This document shows, one piece after another, positions 21,994 through 34,475 of a stretch of 42,044 bases of DNA. The translations under genes and the position numbers were made by a program. The stretch is from Hyphochytrium catenoides (Eukaryota > Protista > Hyphochytriomycota), in NCBI GenBank assembly GCA_900088475.1, contig FLMG01004602.1:1-42044 (forward strand), in the 5' to 3' direction. Under the pieces are notes generated by a model, which worked only from the letters and a program-made list of their open reading frames with translations, was not told the DNA's origin and made no database searches. Position 1 is the first letter of the stretch. The number at the start of each line of letters is the position of its first letter.

Positions 21994-24900
21994 ATGAGCT
22001 ATGATGAGGGTGTACGATTGGGCGGCCACCTGACCCGCGCAGATCTAAAATATCTAAAGAAGGTTGTCATCAAGGTTGGGACCAATGTAGTCAGCACCGA
22101 TGACGGCGGTGTGGCGCTAGGGCGGATCGCTTACCTGATAGAAGAGATTGCGGAGCTTAAGAGAATGGGCAAGAGCGTGTTGCTGGTGAGTTCTCCTGTT
22201 GCCGGGATTCTTGCTTGCAATCGACAGCAACAGCCTAATCATAGCGGCAGGTCACTAGCGGCTCGGTAGGCATCGGACGCTCAGTCTTGGATAAACAACT
22301 GCTGCTTTCAGCTTCACTGAGGACCCACGTGCTGGCTGCCGGCCGCTTCACTTTGCCTCAGCATAAGCCGGGTCCGTGCGCAGGTAACGTAACACCTTCG
22401 TCCGATGCGAACAGCTGTAGGTGCCCATGCTAAACCAGCTTGGACCTTGTCTATTCTGTTTTCTTAGCTGCGGGACAGTCTGGCCTCATGGCTCTTTATT
22501 CAACGCTATTCGGTCAGAAGGACTGCACTTGCAGTCAGCTGCTAGTCACGGCAGAGGACTTTAGGACCGAGCAGCGTCGAACAAACCTTATAGACACCAT
22601 CAATACGCTACTGGACCTGGACATCATCCCAATCGTCAATGAGAATGATGCCGTCAGCGCGCCACCAGACGGCAAGATTTTCTCTGACAATGACTCTTTA
22701 GCGGCTTTAGTCTCTGGTACGTATCCATTTAGCCCTACCGTCTTACCTAGGCTCTATTGGACGTTCATCTCCCCACTCCTGCCCTGGGATATCTCTTTTA
22801 TATGTCCAAAGAGTACTGCTTGTGCTACCAAGGACCTCACAGTTTCCATCTTACTTGTCCACTTCATTGCTTTTCTTGTCCTCTGCCTTCATATTCCTGT
22901 TTTCTTAAAAATTCTTCTTTCTCCTTAATGTAGGGGAAATCGGCGCTGATCTACTGCTTCTTCTGACGGATGTCGAGGGAGTGTATGACAAGCCCCCGAG
23001 TGAACCAGGTGCCAAGGTTAGTTGGACACGTTCTCCATCTCTATGTAGACTTGGAGGAAGTCACCTCCACAGATCCCTCCTATGAGTAGCCCTCAATCAC
23101 TTCTGTCTTCCTAGGCTCACTAAAACCTACAGGCTGAGAGCTCTTTTGTACTTTCTGGCCAAGCCTCCCGCCGAGTTTTTCCAATTCCCCTGTTTGCCTC
23201 TTTTTTCGTCTGCAAGACTTTACCAATCTTCTTTCATCGGCCTCCCTCCTGCACAACTTGATCAGATCCTATACACCTACAACCCAAAGATGACTATTCA
23301 AATCGGGGACAAGTCAACTAAAGGACGAGGTGGAATGGGCTCAAAAATAAATGCTGCAATGACTGCAGTGGAGAGAGGAGTCCGGGCTGTCGTGATCGCG
23401 AAGGGCACACGCTTGGGAGTGATCACAGAGCTGATAAGTGGAAAGAAGGTAGGTTCTGACATTACATTTCACTCTCATCTAACTAGTTTGGCCCACATCT
23501 CTGCCAGGTTTCACTCTTTTACCTTGGCTCACTTCTGGCTTTCCCCCCTCTTTCTTCTTATCTATTGCCTTATTTCTTCCTTATCACATCTAACCACGGT
23601 GGAATAGATTGGGACCTTATTTTCGCGGAATGTGGACTTGAGTGAATTCGAGACTGGCAGATCCGCAGAGGCCATGGCCAAGGCAGCACGAGAGGCAAGC
23701 AGGTATGCTGATTTTAGACTCAGTTATTATCGAAACGGGCTCACCTGAGAGTCCTTCGCCGCCTTAGAGTACTGCAGAGTCTCAGCACTGCTGAAAGAGC
23801 GAAGATTATGCACGCAGTGGCAGACTCATTGCTAGCTCGAGAGGAAGAGATTCTAGCTGCTAACCAGCGTGATATCGAGGCCGCAACCAAGCCTGGCAGT
23901 GGCATATCTAGCAACCTCCTTTCCAGGTGCTCTTCTGCTAATCTCCTTTAGATACTTTTCGTCGCTCCCCTTTTCCCGATATGTTCCGAGCTGCCAGTTT
24001 CCTGACTTCTTTCTTGCTTGTCTCATGAGCTTTACTGACTGAAGACGAGGGGACTAAGGAGGAAAGGAGCGACCATATACATGCGGGGAGAGAGCTGGGT
24101 CAATATATAGAGAGTAGAGAAAGCAAGACCGAGGCGCCTCAGTCCGCATTCTAAAGTGATCAATGCGGCTACTTTTGCCTGGGAAGCGTTCGTGCTAGAA
24201 GAGCTACATCTCTTACTCATGCCTCTAAGGAATTACAGAACCTAACTGTGATGGCACTTGCAGGCTTGCTTTGTCTAAATCCAAGATCAAGACACTTGTA
24301 GACGGCATCAGAAGTATCGCCAAACAAGAAGAACCGCTTAATAAGGCATGGATCCCATTAGTCTCTTGAGAGATAATGGGTCTTTCGCTTTTTATATTTT
24401 GCCCTCTTAATCCTATCGTTTCATCATCTGGGGACCCTTAATCGGTTATGTGGAATCTCTCTTACCTTTCCTGTCCCTTTAGGTGGTCTCTGCTATGGAG
24501 CTTGCACCGGGCCTGCTATTGGAGCAAACAACAGTCCCGATTGGAGTGCTTCTGGTTATCTTTGAGAGTAGGCCTGACTCTCTGCCACAGATCGCCGCAC
24601 TGGCGCTGCGATCAGCTAATGGCTTGCTTCTGAAGGGCGGGAAGGAAGCTACTAACAGCAACAAAGTCCTGCATATGGTCATAGTAGACGCAGTAGAGAA
24701 GGTAATCCTGTCTGCAGCTTCCCGTGCCGCTTACTTGCTAAAATCTCTTTCTATTTCCTTACCCTTTCCGCCTATCTACTTCACTTCACCTATATCTGGC
24801 AGCCTCCCTCGCCGTCAATCGACTGGGGCTACGGCAAGCTTGGACCTGGCACTAGTTAGACTCTCCACGTTCATTCCATTTGCTCTTATAGTCTGCGCAG

Positions 24901-26144
24901 TGGGCCCCCTCTCAAAGCCACAGCTCCTTAAGCAAGCTTTCTCTTGACTCCTGTCGTCTTACTTTTTGCAATGTTCTGTCAATGGCGTTTCAGGCTAGCG
25001 GAGGTCGCGTATCGCGGGACGTGATAGGTCTGGTGACTAGTCGAGAGGCCGTCTCTGACTTGCTGGCGCTGGACCATTTGATCGACGTTTGCATCCCCAG
25101 AGGGGGCGGCGAGCTTGTGAACTACATCAAGCGGAACACCAAGATGCCTGTGTTAGGCCACGCGGCAGGTAGAACCTCATTTCTTCTTGAGCCACTGTTC
25201 GTTCGGCTTAAGTCCCCGTTACTCTGTCTCTTGGCCTAAGTTTGGGGCTCCCAGCACTCCTTTACTTCTTTCTCTGCGTTGGATGTATGTTACATGGCTT
25301 CTCAGTTTTATTTTTCTGAGGAGTCGAGTGGCTGTCATGCTGGGTCTTGTGGGCTGGGACTCGGTGTGAAATTTCCGATCATCTTGGCTCCTTTTTCCCT
25401 TTTTCATCCGTTAAATGTGGCTAAACGGCAGCCATCGTTAACTCTTAAGGCATGGATCTGCTTCCTCACTCTCCTACTTAATATATAGGAATTTGTCACA
25501 TCTTTGTGGATAAGAGTGCAGAGTTTGAGAAAGCTGAGAGGATTATTATTGATGCAAAGACCAGTTATCCAGCGGCATGCAACGCTGTCGAGACTGTTCT
25601 CCTCCACCGCGATCTACTATCTACAGGATTTGCACAGCGTCTCCTCCAGCGCTTAGAAGAACGCAAGATTATCGTGCACGTTGGACCAACAGCTGAAAAA
25701 GAGAAAATCTTTTCTCAGCTCTCTGCTCCGCCGTCTCTAAGCCATGAGTATGGCTCTCTTGAGCTCTTGATCGAAGTGGTTCCAGATATCACTGATGCGA
25801 TCTCACATATAAACCGGTACTCCTCCGCCCACACAGAGGCAATTGTCACTGAAGATAAAGAGAGAGCCGAAGAGTTTCTTTCACGAGTGGATAGCGCCTG
25901 TGTCTTCCATAACGCCTCTACGCGCTTTGCCGACGGCTATCGCTTTGGTCTAGGAGCCGAGGTGGGCATCAGCACAGGAAGAATTCATGCTCGAGGGCCA
26001 GTAGGAGTGGAGGGGCTGCTGACTACGAAATGGAAGCTTCGAAGCAAAGAGAAGAAGGGACACACTGTGACTGACTTTTCTCCTGAGGGAGGAGAGGTGT
26101 GCAAGTATACACACAAGAAGTTAACGCTAGGAAGTAAGCTATAG
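21994..26144 (+). CDS. P5CS: Bifunctional delta-1-pyrroline-5-carboxylate synthase (glutamate 5-kinase + gamma-glutamyl-phosphate reductase), 11 coding exons
   Basis: Kinase motifs [40 protein letters not shown]; reductase motifs [69 protein letters not shown]; ends [12 protein letters not shown]. Confidence 0.97.
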
Positions 26145-26534
26145 TGATACGAAGAGCAGAGAGGCCTGGTGCCTAGACATGATCCAGAGAAAGCTATCAG
26201 AGCTGCAAGAAAGACTTATGCGTTGGAGGACGAGCAACAGAGAAGTCTGAGCAGGTGCTAAGGAGCTATTAGAGTGATACTGTTGACGGGGCAGGCCCCG
26301 CACGATCCCAGCGCCGTAGCCTATTTAACTTCAGCCTCGTCGCTAAACCTGCTCTCAGCAGAAGTCATGGACGCTAACGCTCAACAGGAGAGACATTGGG
26401 TCGGGCAAGTTTGGTACGCAGTTAGCTAATAAGTAACCGGGTTGACAGCCATGGCTAAGGCTGTCCCATAAGTTAGGCCTTCATACGATTCGACCGTATC
26501 GCTTTGTGCTTCTCCACTCCTCTTGCTTCTCTGA

Positions 26535-29500
26535 TTAATCCTCAATCAGCCCCTGGTCCTTAAGCTGCGCCCAGCCCTCTTCAGTGGGAGTGAATAAGTA
26601 GACGACTGCGGACATCATAAGGAACATCTTCGCTAGCTTCCACACGTCCTTCGGCGTCGTGCTACGAATCTGGAGAAGGAGACACAGCGGTCAGTCGTTA
26701 AGGGAAATCGGGAAAGTCAGCGGGAAGAAGAAGAATAGAAGTCATCAAAAGGCAAAGATGCCAAAAACTCTACACCCGCACCCAGGGCAGACGGAAAGCA
26801 TAAAGTGGTCACTGTGCCTCTCTCTCCTTCTATTTGCAGTTCTCTCATGTTCTTACCTGTTCAATGAGAAGCTCTTTGGCAAAAATCAAGACCATAAGTC
26901 GGTCAAAGATCAGTGTGCCAAGGATATCAAATGCGACAAGCGTGAAAATAGTAACACCAAGCTCCTTGTCTGGGAAGGGCACTAGCTGCAGAAACTTGTT
27001 GAACATTGGCATTATCTGCGACAGAACGAGAGGTCAGATGACATATGTCTAGCGTGAGGTCGACTTGCAGAAGAACAGGACAGGATTCATGCCAGTCAAA
27101 GCACAGAACGGCCTCACCTCCATAGAGCTTACAAAGATACCAATGCCACATAAGCCCAGGGAGTAGAGCAACCCGGGGTTCTCGGTAATGCCCTGCATGA
27201 AGGGCCTGCCTTTATAGTTCACAGCGAACACGCTCACCTAAGGACCAGACAATAATCAAGGTAAGTAGGTATGCAGCGTCAACAGGGCCCGTGATCAAGC
27301 ATTGTGAGGCGAACACAAGTGACAAGATGAAGAGCATGTGTTGTTCCTAGAAAAGCCTGACAAGGTAGGCTCCCCCAAGCGCATTGGAAAAGCAATGACA
27401 TCATAATTCCCAGCCAGGTCAGGCTTTACTCTTTTTAACAGTCTTGCTCCATTGCTTTTACCTGCTGAACGGTAGATATCATGAAGACAACGGTGTTGAT
27501 GAGGTTGGGCTTGAACTTCCCGTCGAGTGAAGGCTTCCACTCCTCTCCCAAGTGCTGCTTTGTTAGCCCTACAGCGTAGATCATGCAGAACAGATGAATA
27601 GCAAACTGGCCCAAGAGAGAGAGAAATAGTGCCGGGTGAAAGATTGATGTGAGAGGCCTCACTCGGCTGAGCTCCTGAAGAGGTGTAGCCCTACGAAATG
27701 GACCATTAACACGACATAAAAGTTAGACAACGCCCACGAGGTGTCAGAAGTTAGGAGATTAATCGACAAACGTTGAAGGACAGTGTCAGAAGTTAGGAGA
27801 TTTATCGACAAACGTTAAAGGACAGAAGTTAGGAGATTAATCGACAAAGTTGAAGGACAGTGAAGCCCTACAAGCCTTTGCTGAGGTGCACTGGCAGCTG
27901 ACCCACTGAGTCGGGTACTGCGTCTAGCTTTCCAACAGTGACCACTGACGTACCTGCTGAGCGTGAGGAAAGAGACAGTCATCAGCACTCCGGTGCTGGT
28001 CATCTGTCGGTCTCCATACTTCACACCATCCAAATAGAGGACGGAGAGAGAGTAAGAGGAGATAAGACAGTTGAGAGCGAGAATCTGGTACATCTGTATG
28101 GTTGTTACTAACGCGCAGCGCCCCTGTCTGATAATATCCACCGTGCCTCTAATGCTAGGGATCTTGGAGGTGAAGGGAGATGCGATAGAGGCGTCACCAA
28201 GCTTCACCATAGGAAGCTAAGGATATTCGGATAAGAGCAGGAAGACCAAAAGGCGAACAGAGAAGAGACAAGATAGGGTCAGCTACATCGTAACCCGGGT
28301 CATTCGCACGGTCAATACCTCTCTTTCTCACTCTTCTCTCTCTCAGGTATCTCCCTTTTCCAAAGCTGGACAAATCAAACCCTGCCTCGGCTTACCTCTC
28401 CATCTTCAAGATCATACATCTCTGCCATCTTCTGAGCAGAAAGCTCAAATCCCTTAGAGCCTTGCCGCGACTTCACTTGCTGACGCTGCTGCTCAGCTTC
28501 CCGGCGGGCCATATTCATGATAGCCTTCACTCGAGCAAAGCTGGGTTTACATTGTGTTAGCAACACAACCGCCCATATGAAAGGATATAATTTTTTAGAC
28601 GTCAACCATTTGCACTTCTATTGTAGATCACACTCAAAGAAAGTCAAGATAGCCAGAGAGGGCTGATCAAGGAGAGTCTTAGAGAGATGCCATCCTACCT
28701 GACACCTTCAGCCTCCAGTCTTCGCACCTCAGCTTCCAACTCCGCTTGCTTCTTTGCCATTAGCTCCCTTCGCTCCTCCGGCGTTAAGTTTTTTGAAGCC
28801 AGAGTCTATTACGCAAGGTAGTATCAGCACAGATTTAGCTTTTGCACAGGGCAACCAAGGGAACAGTCATGAGGGCAAAAGTGCTCAATTGGTGAAGGCA
28901 GAGTGGCTCTCTTAAGCGGTGAGGACATAAGGAGGCTCAGCTTTAGACTGATTCCTGTGCTTACCTTAGGCTCCTCTTTCTTGACCACTGCCTTCTGCTC
29001 CTTCTTTCCCCCGCCAGTCTTCTCCTCCAGCAGTCTAATGAGTTCACCCTTGTCATTCACATTCGTATGGTCGACCTGCAACTCCGTCAACTACAACCAG
29101 AAATAAATCAGCGCATTGGTCGGTGTAGGTGCTAGCTAAGTTAGGGAAAGAGTACAAGTGGCTACAAGGTGGATGAGCATATGAGCAAGTTCCTGGGATA
29201 ATAACTTTACGAAAGCCAGAACTTCGACTCACCTTCTTCTTGAGTGCTGACACGTGAAGCTTGCGATAGTCCACTGGCTTTGAGGGTGGCCCCGGCGTCT
29301 TTCTGTGCTTTGAAGAGGTTGAGGCGGCAGCTTGGCCGTCCGTCTTTTTATCACCTTTGTCGACATTGGCTGACCCAAACCCACTTAGTAGAGCTACTCC
29401 GACATGAGCCTACGCGGCACATTGTCAATGGGTCAGCGTCCTTTCAGACCTGCATCCTATAAGGCAAATAGAAGAAGAATATGTGGAGAAGATAGAGTTG

Positions 29501-32500
29501 CCGGATGAAAGGGAGGAGACGGCAACAGGTAATGCCGACGAGGAAGCAATGAGGAGCAGGATTAGAAAGTGATTCTAACCTGCTTGAGCGCTCCCACATC
29601 ATTAGCACCATCGCCGCACATGAGAGTGTGATGGCCCTGCTGCTTCAGTCTCGTCAATACTCGTTCCTTAGCCTCAGGGGTCATCCTTGCGTACACCGAG
29701 AGGAGAGACAGGTGGTCCCAAAGATCTCCTGGACGTTCACTTGCTGCTGATAGAGACGATCCTGTTACGCAAAGAGCGTATTTTTGCGCTAGGGAGGGAA
29801 GAGAGTCTTGCCCGTAGGGTGCAACAGGCTTATCGTTGTCTGCCCTCAGCCTAAAGCAAGCGCAACAGAAGAGGAGTGCTTAATCAAGTATCTCCTGCTC
29901 GCCTATTGCCATATATTTTTCTGTGATGGTGTTCTCTTCCGAAGGGCTTACTCTTCATCCCTCAATTCTCATAGACACAAAGCTCAAACCTTCCTTCCAT
30001 GAGTCTTCCTCCAAATCCACCTTACCAAGTCATCTTCCCGTTCTCCTCCGTGAGAATGAGAGCTTCAGCCTTTGTCTTTGGTATAATGTTGACCTCAACC
30101 GCCACATGGATTGCTGTCAGTACTGAGTCTCCCGTAATCATGGCAACGCGATGGGACCCCCGCTGAAGGTGCATTACGACATCCCGACTATCCTTGCGAA
30201 CTGAAGAGAGAAGGAGGAAAAATGGCTAGTAAGCGACAGAAATATAAAGACCAATCCTCGCAGTAAATAATTAGCCAGTCAGTGGGCCAGCTTTTTACCT
30301 AGACAGGTAAAGGCCACAAACCCTGCGAATTTGAGGTCAGACTCTGCCCAAGAGCGAGGCTGTTTGGTGAACTGCGCGTCAGAGAGAGAGGGATCTAGCT
30401 CTTTGTACGCAAGCGCCAGTACCTAGAGCGGACATAGAGGAAATATAGCAAGCCCTCGGTCGTCAGTAAGGATATCACAGGTGAACGTGTACAGACCGAT
30501 GATAAGATAGCCGAAGTGAAAGAAGCCTGGGGAAGGGAAGGATAGACTTGTCGACTTCGAAATGCTTCCCATCCAAGGCAAAAGAGAAGGGACAAGATAA
30601 GTGCAGCGAAAGTAACTGGGAGGCAGTATGAATATGATCAGCGGGAAATGACACATGCGGTAATTAGCAAGCAGGAAGGCAAGGGCATAGGGTCACTTAC
30701 TCGAAGGCCATCTCTTGCCATGGCTAGATAGGTCTCTGTGTACCATGTAGGTTTCTCACCATCCACCAAGAGTCCCTCGATCGCCTCCGGGCTGCCTTTC
30801 ACTAGCGCCCATGGCTTGGCTTTCCCCTGTCCTCCTGCCTGGACCCTCGCTATTACGCTCATACGTTGTAACTTGGATTTGAAGTGATGACGATGAAGAA
30901 TCTCCACAGACACGCGAGAGGGATCTACGCTTGATGGCCAAGTACGTGTGCCCTTCTTCGTGTCCACGACAGGGGTACTTCGGCGCGTAGCTAGAGCGAA
31001 AGAGGTTAACTTTCCTGACATGACGTGACAAAGTATGTCCAACGGAGCAATTGGCAAAAGCAATACTGAACACCAATGGTCCGGTTTGGCCTTTAGTGAG
31101 CCAGACCTTCAATGTAACAGAGACAAAATAGTGTTCGGAACTATCTCCTACCTGGATTGTACGTGAAGTCCACTCCCTTCAGAGAGGCTTCCTCCACTGG
31201 ATCTCCCAAAGTCTTCCCATCAATCTGTACAAGAGAATGACAGCCTGCCAGCACCAAAGAGGCCTCCAGCGGGGCCTCTACCATCTTCCTAGGCTTTCGA
31301 ATGGCTGCAATGGTGTGACAGATGTTAGACAGAGGGAGACATACCATAGACTTGTGCATCAGCATTCTCTGTTGGTGACCCCCACGACAAACAATAGAAC
31401 AGCGAAAACTGAACCCCAACATCTCTTTTGGATTCCACTAGCTTTGTGGGGCTCTACTTCCTTCAGTCTCCCTACTTTGTCTGCAAAGACTGTGGCCATG
31501 CCTCCACTCTATGGCTTCACTCCCAATGACGGCTGTCCAAGCGCGAACGGTAGGGCTTGCTTACCTCCTCCATCTTCTTCCTCCACATTCCCTACCACGC
31601 CCACTGCGGTAAGTTGGTCAGTGGTTATTGTTCCCGTCTTGTCAAACATGCAAACGTCCACACGGCCAGCTAGAGGAATGCGGAACGGCTCCGTGCAGAA
31701 GATTTGAAGCTTGATAAGCGCCATTAAAGCGCTGTTAACAGCTAATGCCATCTGCATAGGTAGCTCCGGTGGAACAACGGATGTGATAATCAGGACACAA
31801 TGAAGAAGCAACTCGAACTGGCTGCGGTCTTTATTCTCGAGGCCCTAGTTACGTAGTTACGTAATTGTTAGACGTCTGGGTGAGGACGCGACGGAGAAGA
31901 TGAAAGGACAGAAGAAGGCGAAAGGTAAAGTGGCAGTTGGTTCAAATTAAGGAGTAACAGAGAGTTTAGTGCTTAATCTTCACCTTCTTGAGCACATAGC
32001 CTGAAGAGATCAGTGCGAATACCAAGAGCATGGCGATGAGTAGTAAGGACTCCATGGTGTTGGGATTCACGCTCTCGCTTGAGTACTCGATCATACGAAC
32101 CAGCTTCCCTTGTGAGGAGCTGAAACCTAAATAATCCAGTGGAGGAGGGTTAGCTATGGAATGAACAGCTAATAGCTACATGCGCAGCTTGAAGGTCAGG
32201 TGTGAAATGATAGCAGACAGAACGGAGGGAAGAGAAGCTGGGGAAAGCCAAGAAAAGAGCACCCGGCAGTGGCAGGGAAGACAAAAGAGCTCGCCGCAAA
32301 GGGTTTTGGGTCTTTCTAGAACCATAACCCTTACCCGTTCGCAAGACAAGCGCCAAGCAGCCTCCATCTGGCGTGCGGATAGCATGCTCCTTGGTGCCCA
32401 TCCCATCAGCCTCCGTGCTAAACTCCTCCTGCTGCATCAACTTTGTCCCACAGAAGAGAACGTGTACCTGTACCGATAAAAGGCGGGGTTAGTGGCGTCC

Positions 32501-34475
32501 AACATGGAGCCCCATATGGAGCCAACGCATGGCAAGTTCCTACTTTGTGTGAGGACTTCATATCTAGGCAGGTGCTGGAATCTCCTCCGTTTTCATCCGC
32601 CTTGGCTATGGCTTCCTTCATCTGAGGCACACTCTCTCCCGTTAGTGTTGCCTCATTAACAACTGCAGAGCCACTCAGCAGCAGACAGTCCGCCGGGATG
32701 GTGTCTGCTTCATTGTGCCGCTTGACAGAGACCAGATCACCAGGCAGTAGCTCTTCAGTGCTGAGTTTGGTCCACTTCTTGCACCGATACACGTGAATCT
32801 CCACGGCCTCATTGCCCATGCCTCGTAGGGTCTTAAGGTTCTTAAGCCTCGAGAACACTGTGATTCCCTCAAAGGAGATAATCATGAAGAGGGTGAAGAG
32901 AGAGTATTGCCAATACTCGTCTAACATCCACAGCAGTACACAGAAGACTTGAAAGACCGTCAGGGGTGCCACCAGCTGTTGCTTGAACAACTCCATGAAC
33001 TCTGGAGAGGGAATCTCAAAGTTGTTGCGTCCGTAGAGCTCCCTCTTCTCCTGTAGCTCCTTGGCTGTCCCGTACCCCGTATGGTTGAGATAGTAGTCCA
33101 ATGGATAGTTTATAGGCATGTGGACCTAACGGATAAAGGGTACAAGTCAGAATGACACTCCAACAACTGCAAGCGTTAGGAGAGCTCTCAGGACCTAGCA
33201 GAGTCCCTCCTTTCCCACCTTAGAAAAGACGTTCTTATCTGGGTCGTAGATATACTTTCGCCTTTGGAACATAAAGTAGAGCTCTGGCTTGTGAAGAGGC
33301 ACCAACTGCGTCTTACCCCGATGACTCCTGGGAGTCACCTGCAGAAGGAGAGATGCCGGGACAAAGCAGCAAGAAGGTTATCAGTCATGAACCCTAAGTG
33401 GCTGACAACAAACTCCTTGACCACGAATTAGACGAACTCAACAGTGGAGATAACTGGTTGACTCAAAAGCTGGCATCAGTAGGGAAGGGAATCATGGAGA
33501 TTAGAAAAAAAGGGAGAGAGGTGCGAAGGACGAGGGCGAAGGAGGAAGAGTATGGCAGAGAGAGAGACTGAGGAGGGCCATACGGGATAAGCCCTACACC
33601 GTAAGAGGACAGATTAAGTGGACAGAAAAGGTGCAAGCGGGACTGAGCGTGAAAACCCAACAGCGGGCCTTGGCACGGGTGCTGGCAAGCGATACTGCCC
33701 ACCATAGACATGTTGGTTACCTTGACGTAGCTTGCCTCTTTCAGTGAAGTTGCAGGCTTGTACTTGATCAACGTCAAGACAGAGACAAACCAAACCTGGA
33801 GCAGCAGCATCAGGACGTGTAGGCACACGACGCTTGCCAAGGCTACCAAGGGCCAGAAGCCTGGAAGAAACGGATTCGGAAGAGTGACCTCTTCCGCTCC
33901 CTCCTAAACCAAAGAGAATCTTCTCAGAACCAGCCGCGATCGGCAGGGCACGGATGCAATGTGAACCTGACCTCAGTACTGTTTGTGACGACCTGATCCT
34001 TAAGATCCTCTCGGACATAAGCAGAGGAGAAGACCGACGAAGCCAGGTCTCCCTCATCTGCAGACGCAGATAACGCAGTCAGTGCCGGATGAGAAATCCC
34101 TTTCTCCTGCAGCTCCTGCAGTCTTTGCCGATAGGGGTCGCCTGTTTGATGTAGTGGAGACATCGGGATGGCCCAGCGAGTGGTTAGATAGTGTCCCTGG
34201 CCTCTGCACATTGGCTACCAAGATTGAAGGATTGTGTCGAGGATCTCTCCCACAGTACTCTTATTCATAGCTCTTCTCACTATCTCCTGACACACGGCGT
34301 CCTATGACATTAGTGCACATTTGCTCCTCTTACCTGCTGTCTCGTAGCAGTGATAGAGGACGATGCCGTACAGGATTAGAAACGGTAGATGCTCCAAGCC
34401 ATACCCCTTATAAACCGTAGGCCGCCTATTATGAAGGGAGATGCTTGTGATGCTCTTTCCCGTGGCCTTCACCAT
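26535..34475 (-). CDS. ATP13A1: P5A-type P-ATPase (Spf1/ATP13A1 family ER transmembrane-helix dislocase), about 23 exons
   Basis: [12 protein letters not shown] (P5A signature), [66 protein letters not shown]. Confidence 0.96.
27741..27862. repeat. ~42 bp minisatellite (3 copies) in an ATPase intron
   Basis: GTGTCAGAAGTTAGGAGATTAATCGACAAACGTTGAAGGACA with two slightly diverged copies. Confidence 0.95.

Noticed and set aside
27741-27862. CRISPR-like array
   Set aside because: Head-to-tail repeats without spacers, inside a eukaryotic intron, with no cas genes.
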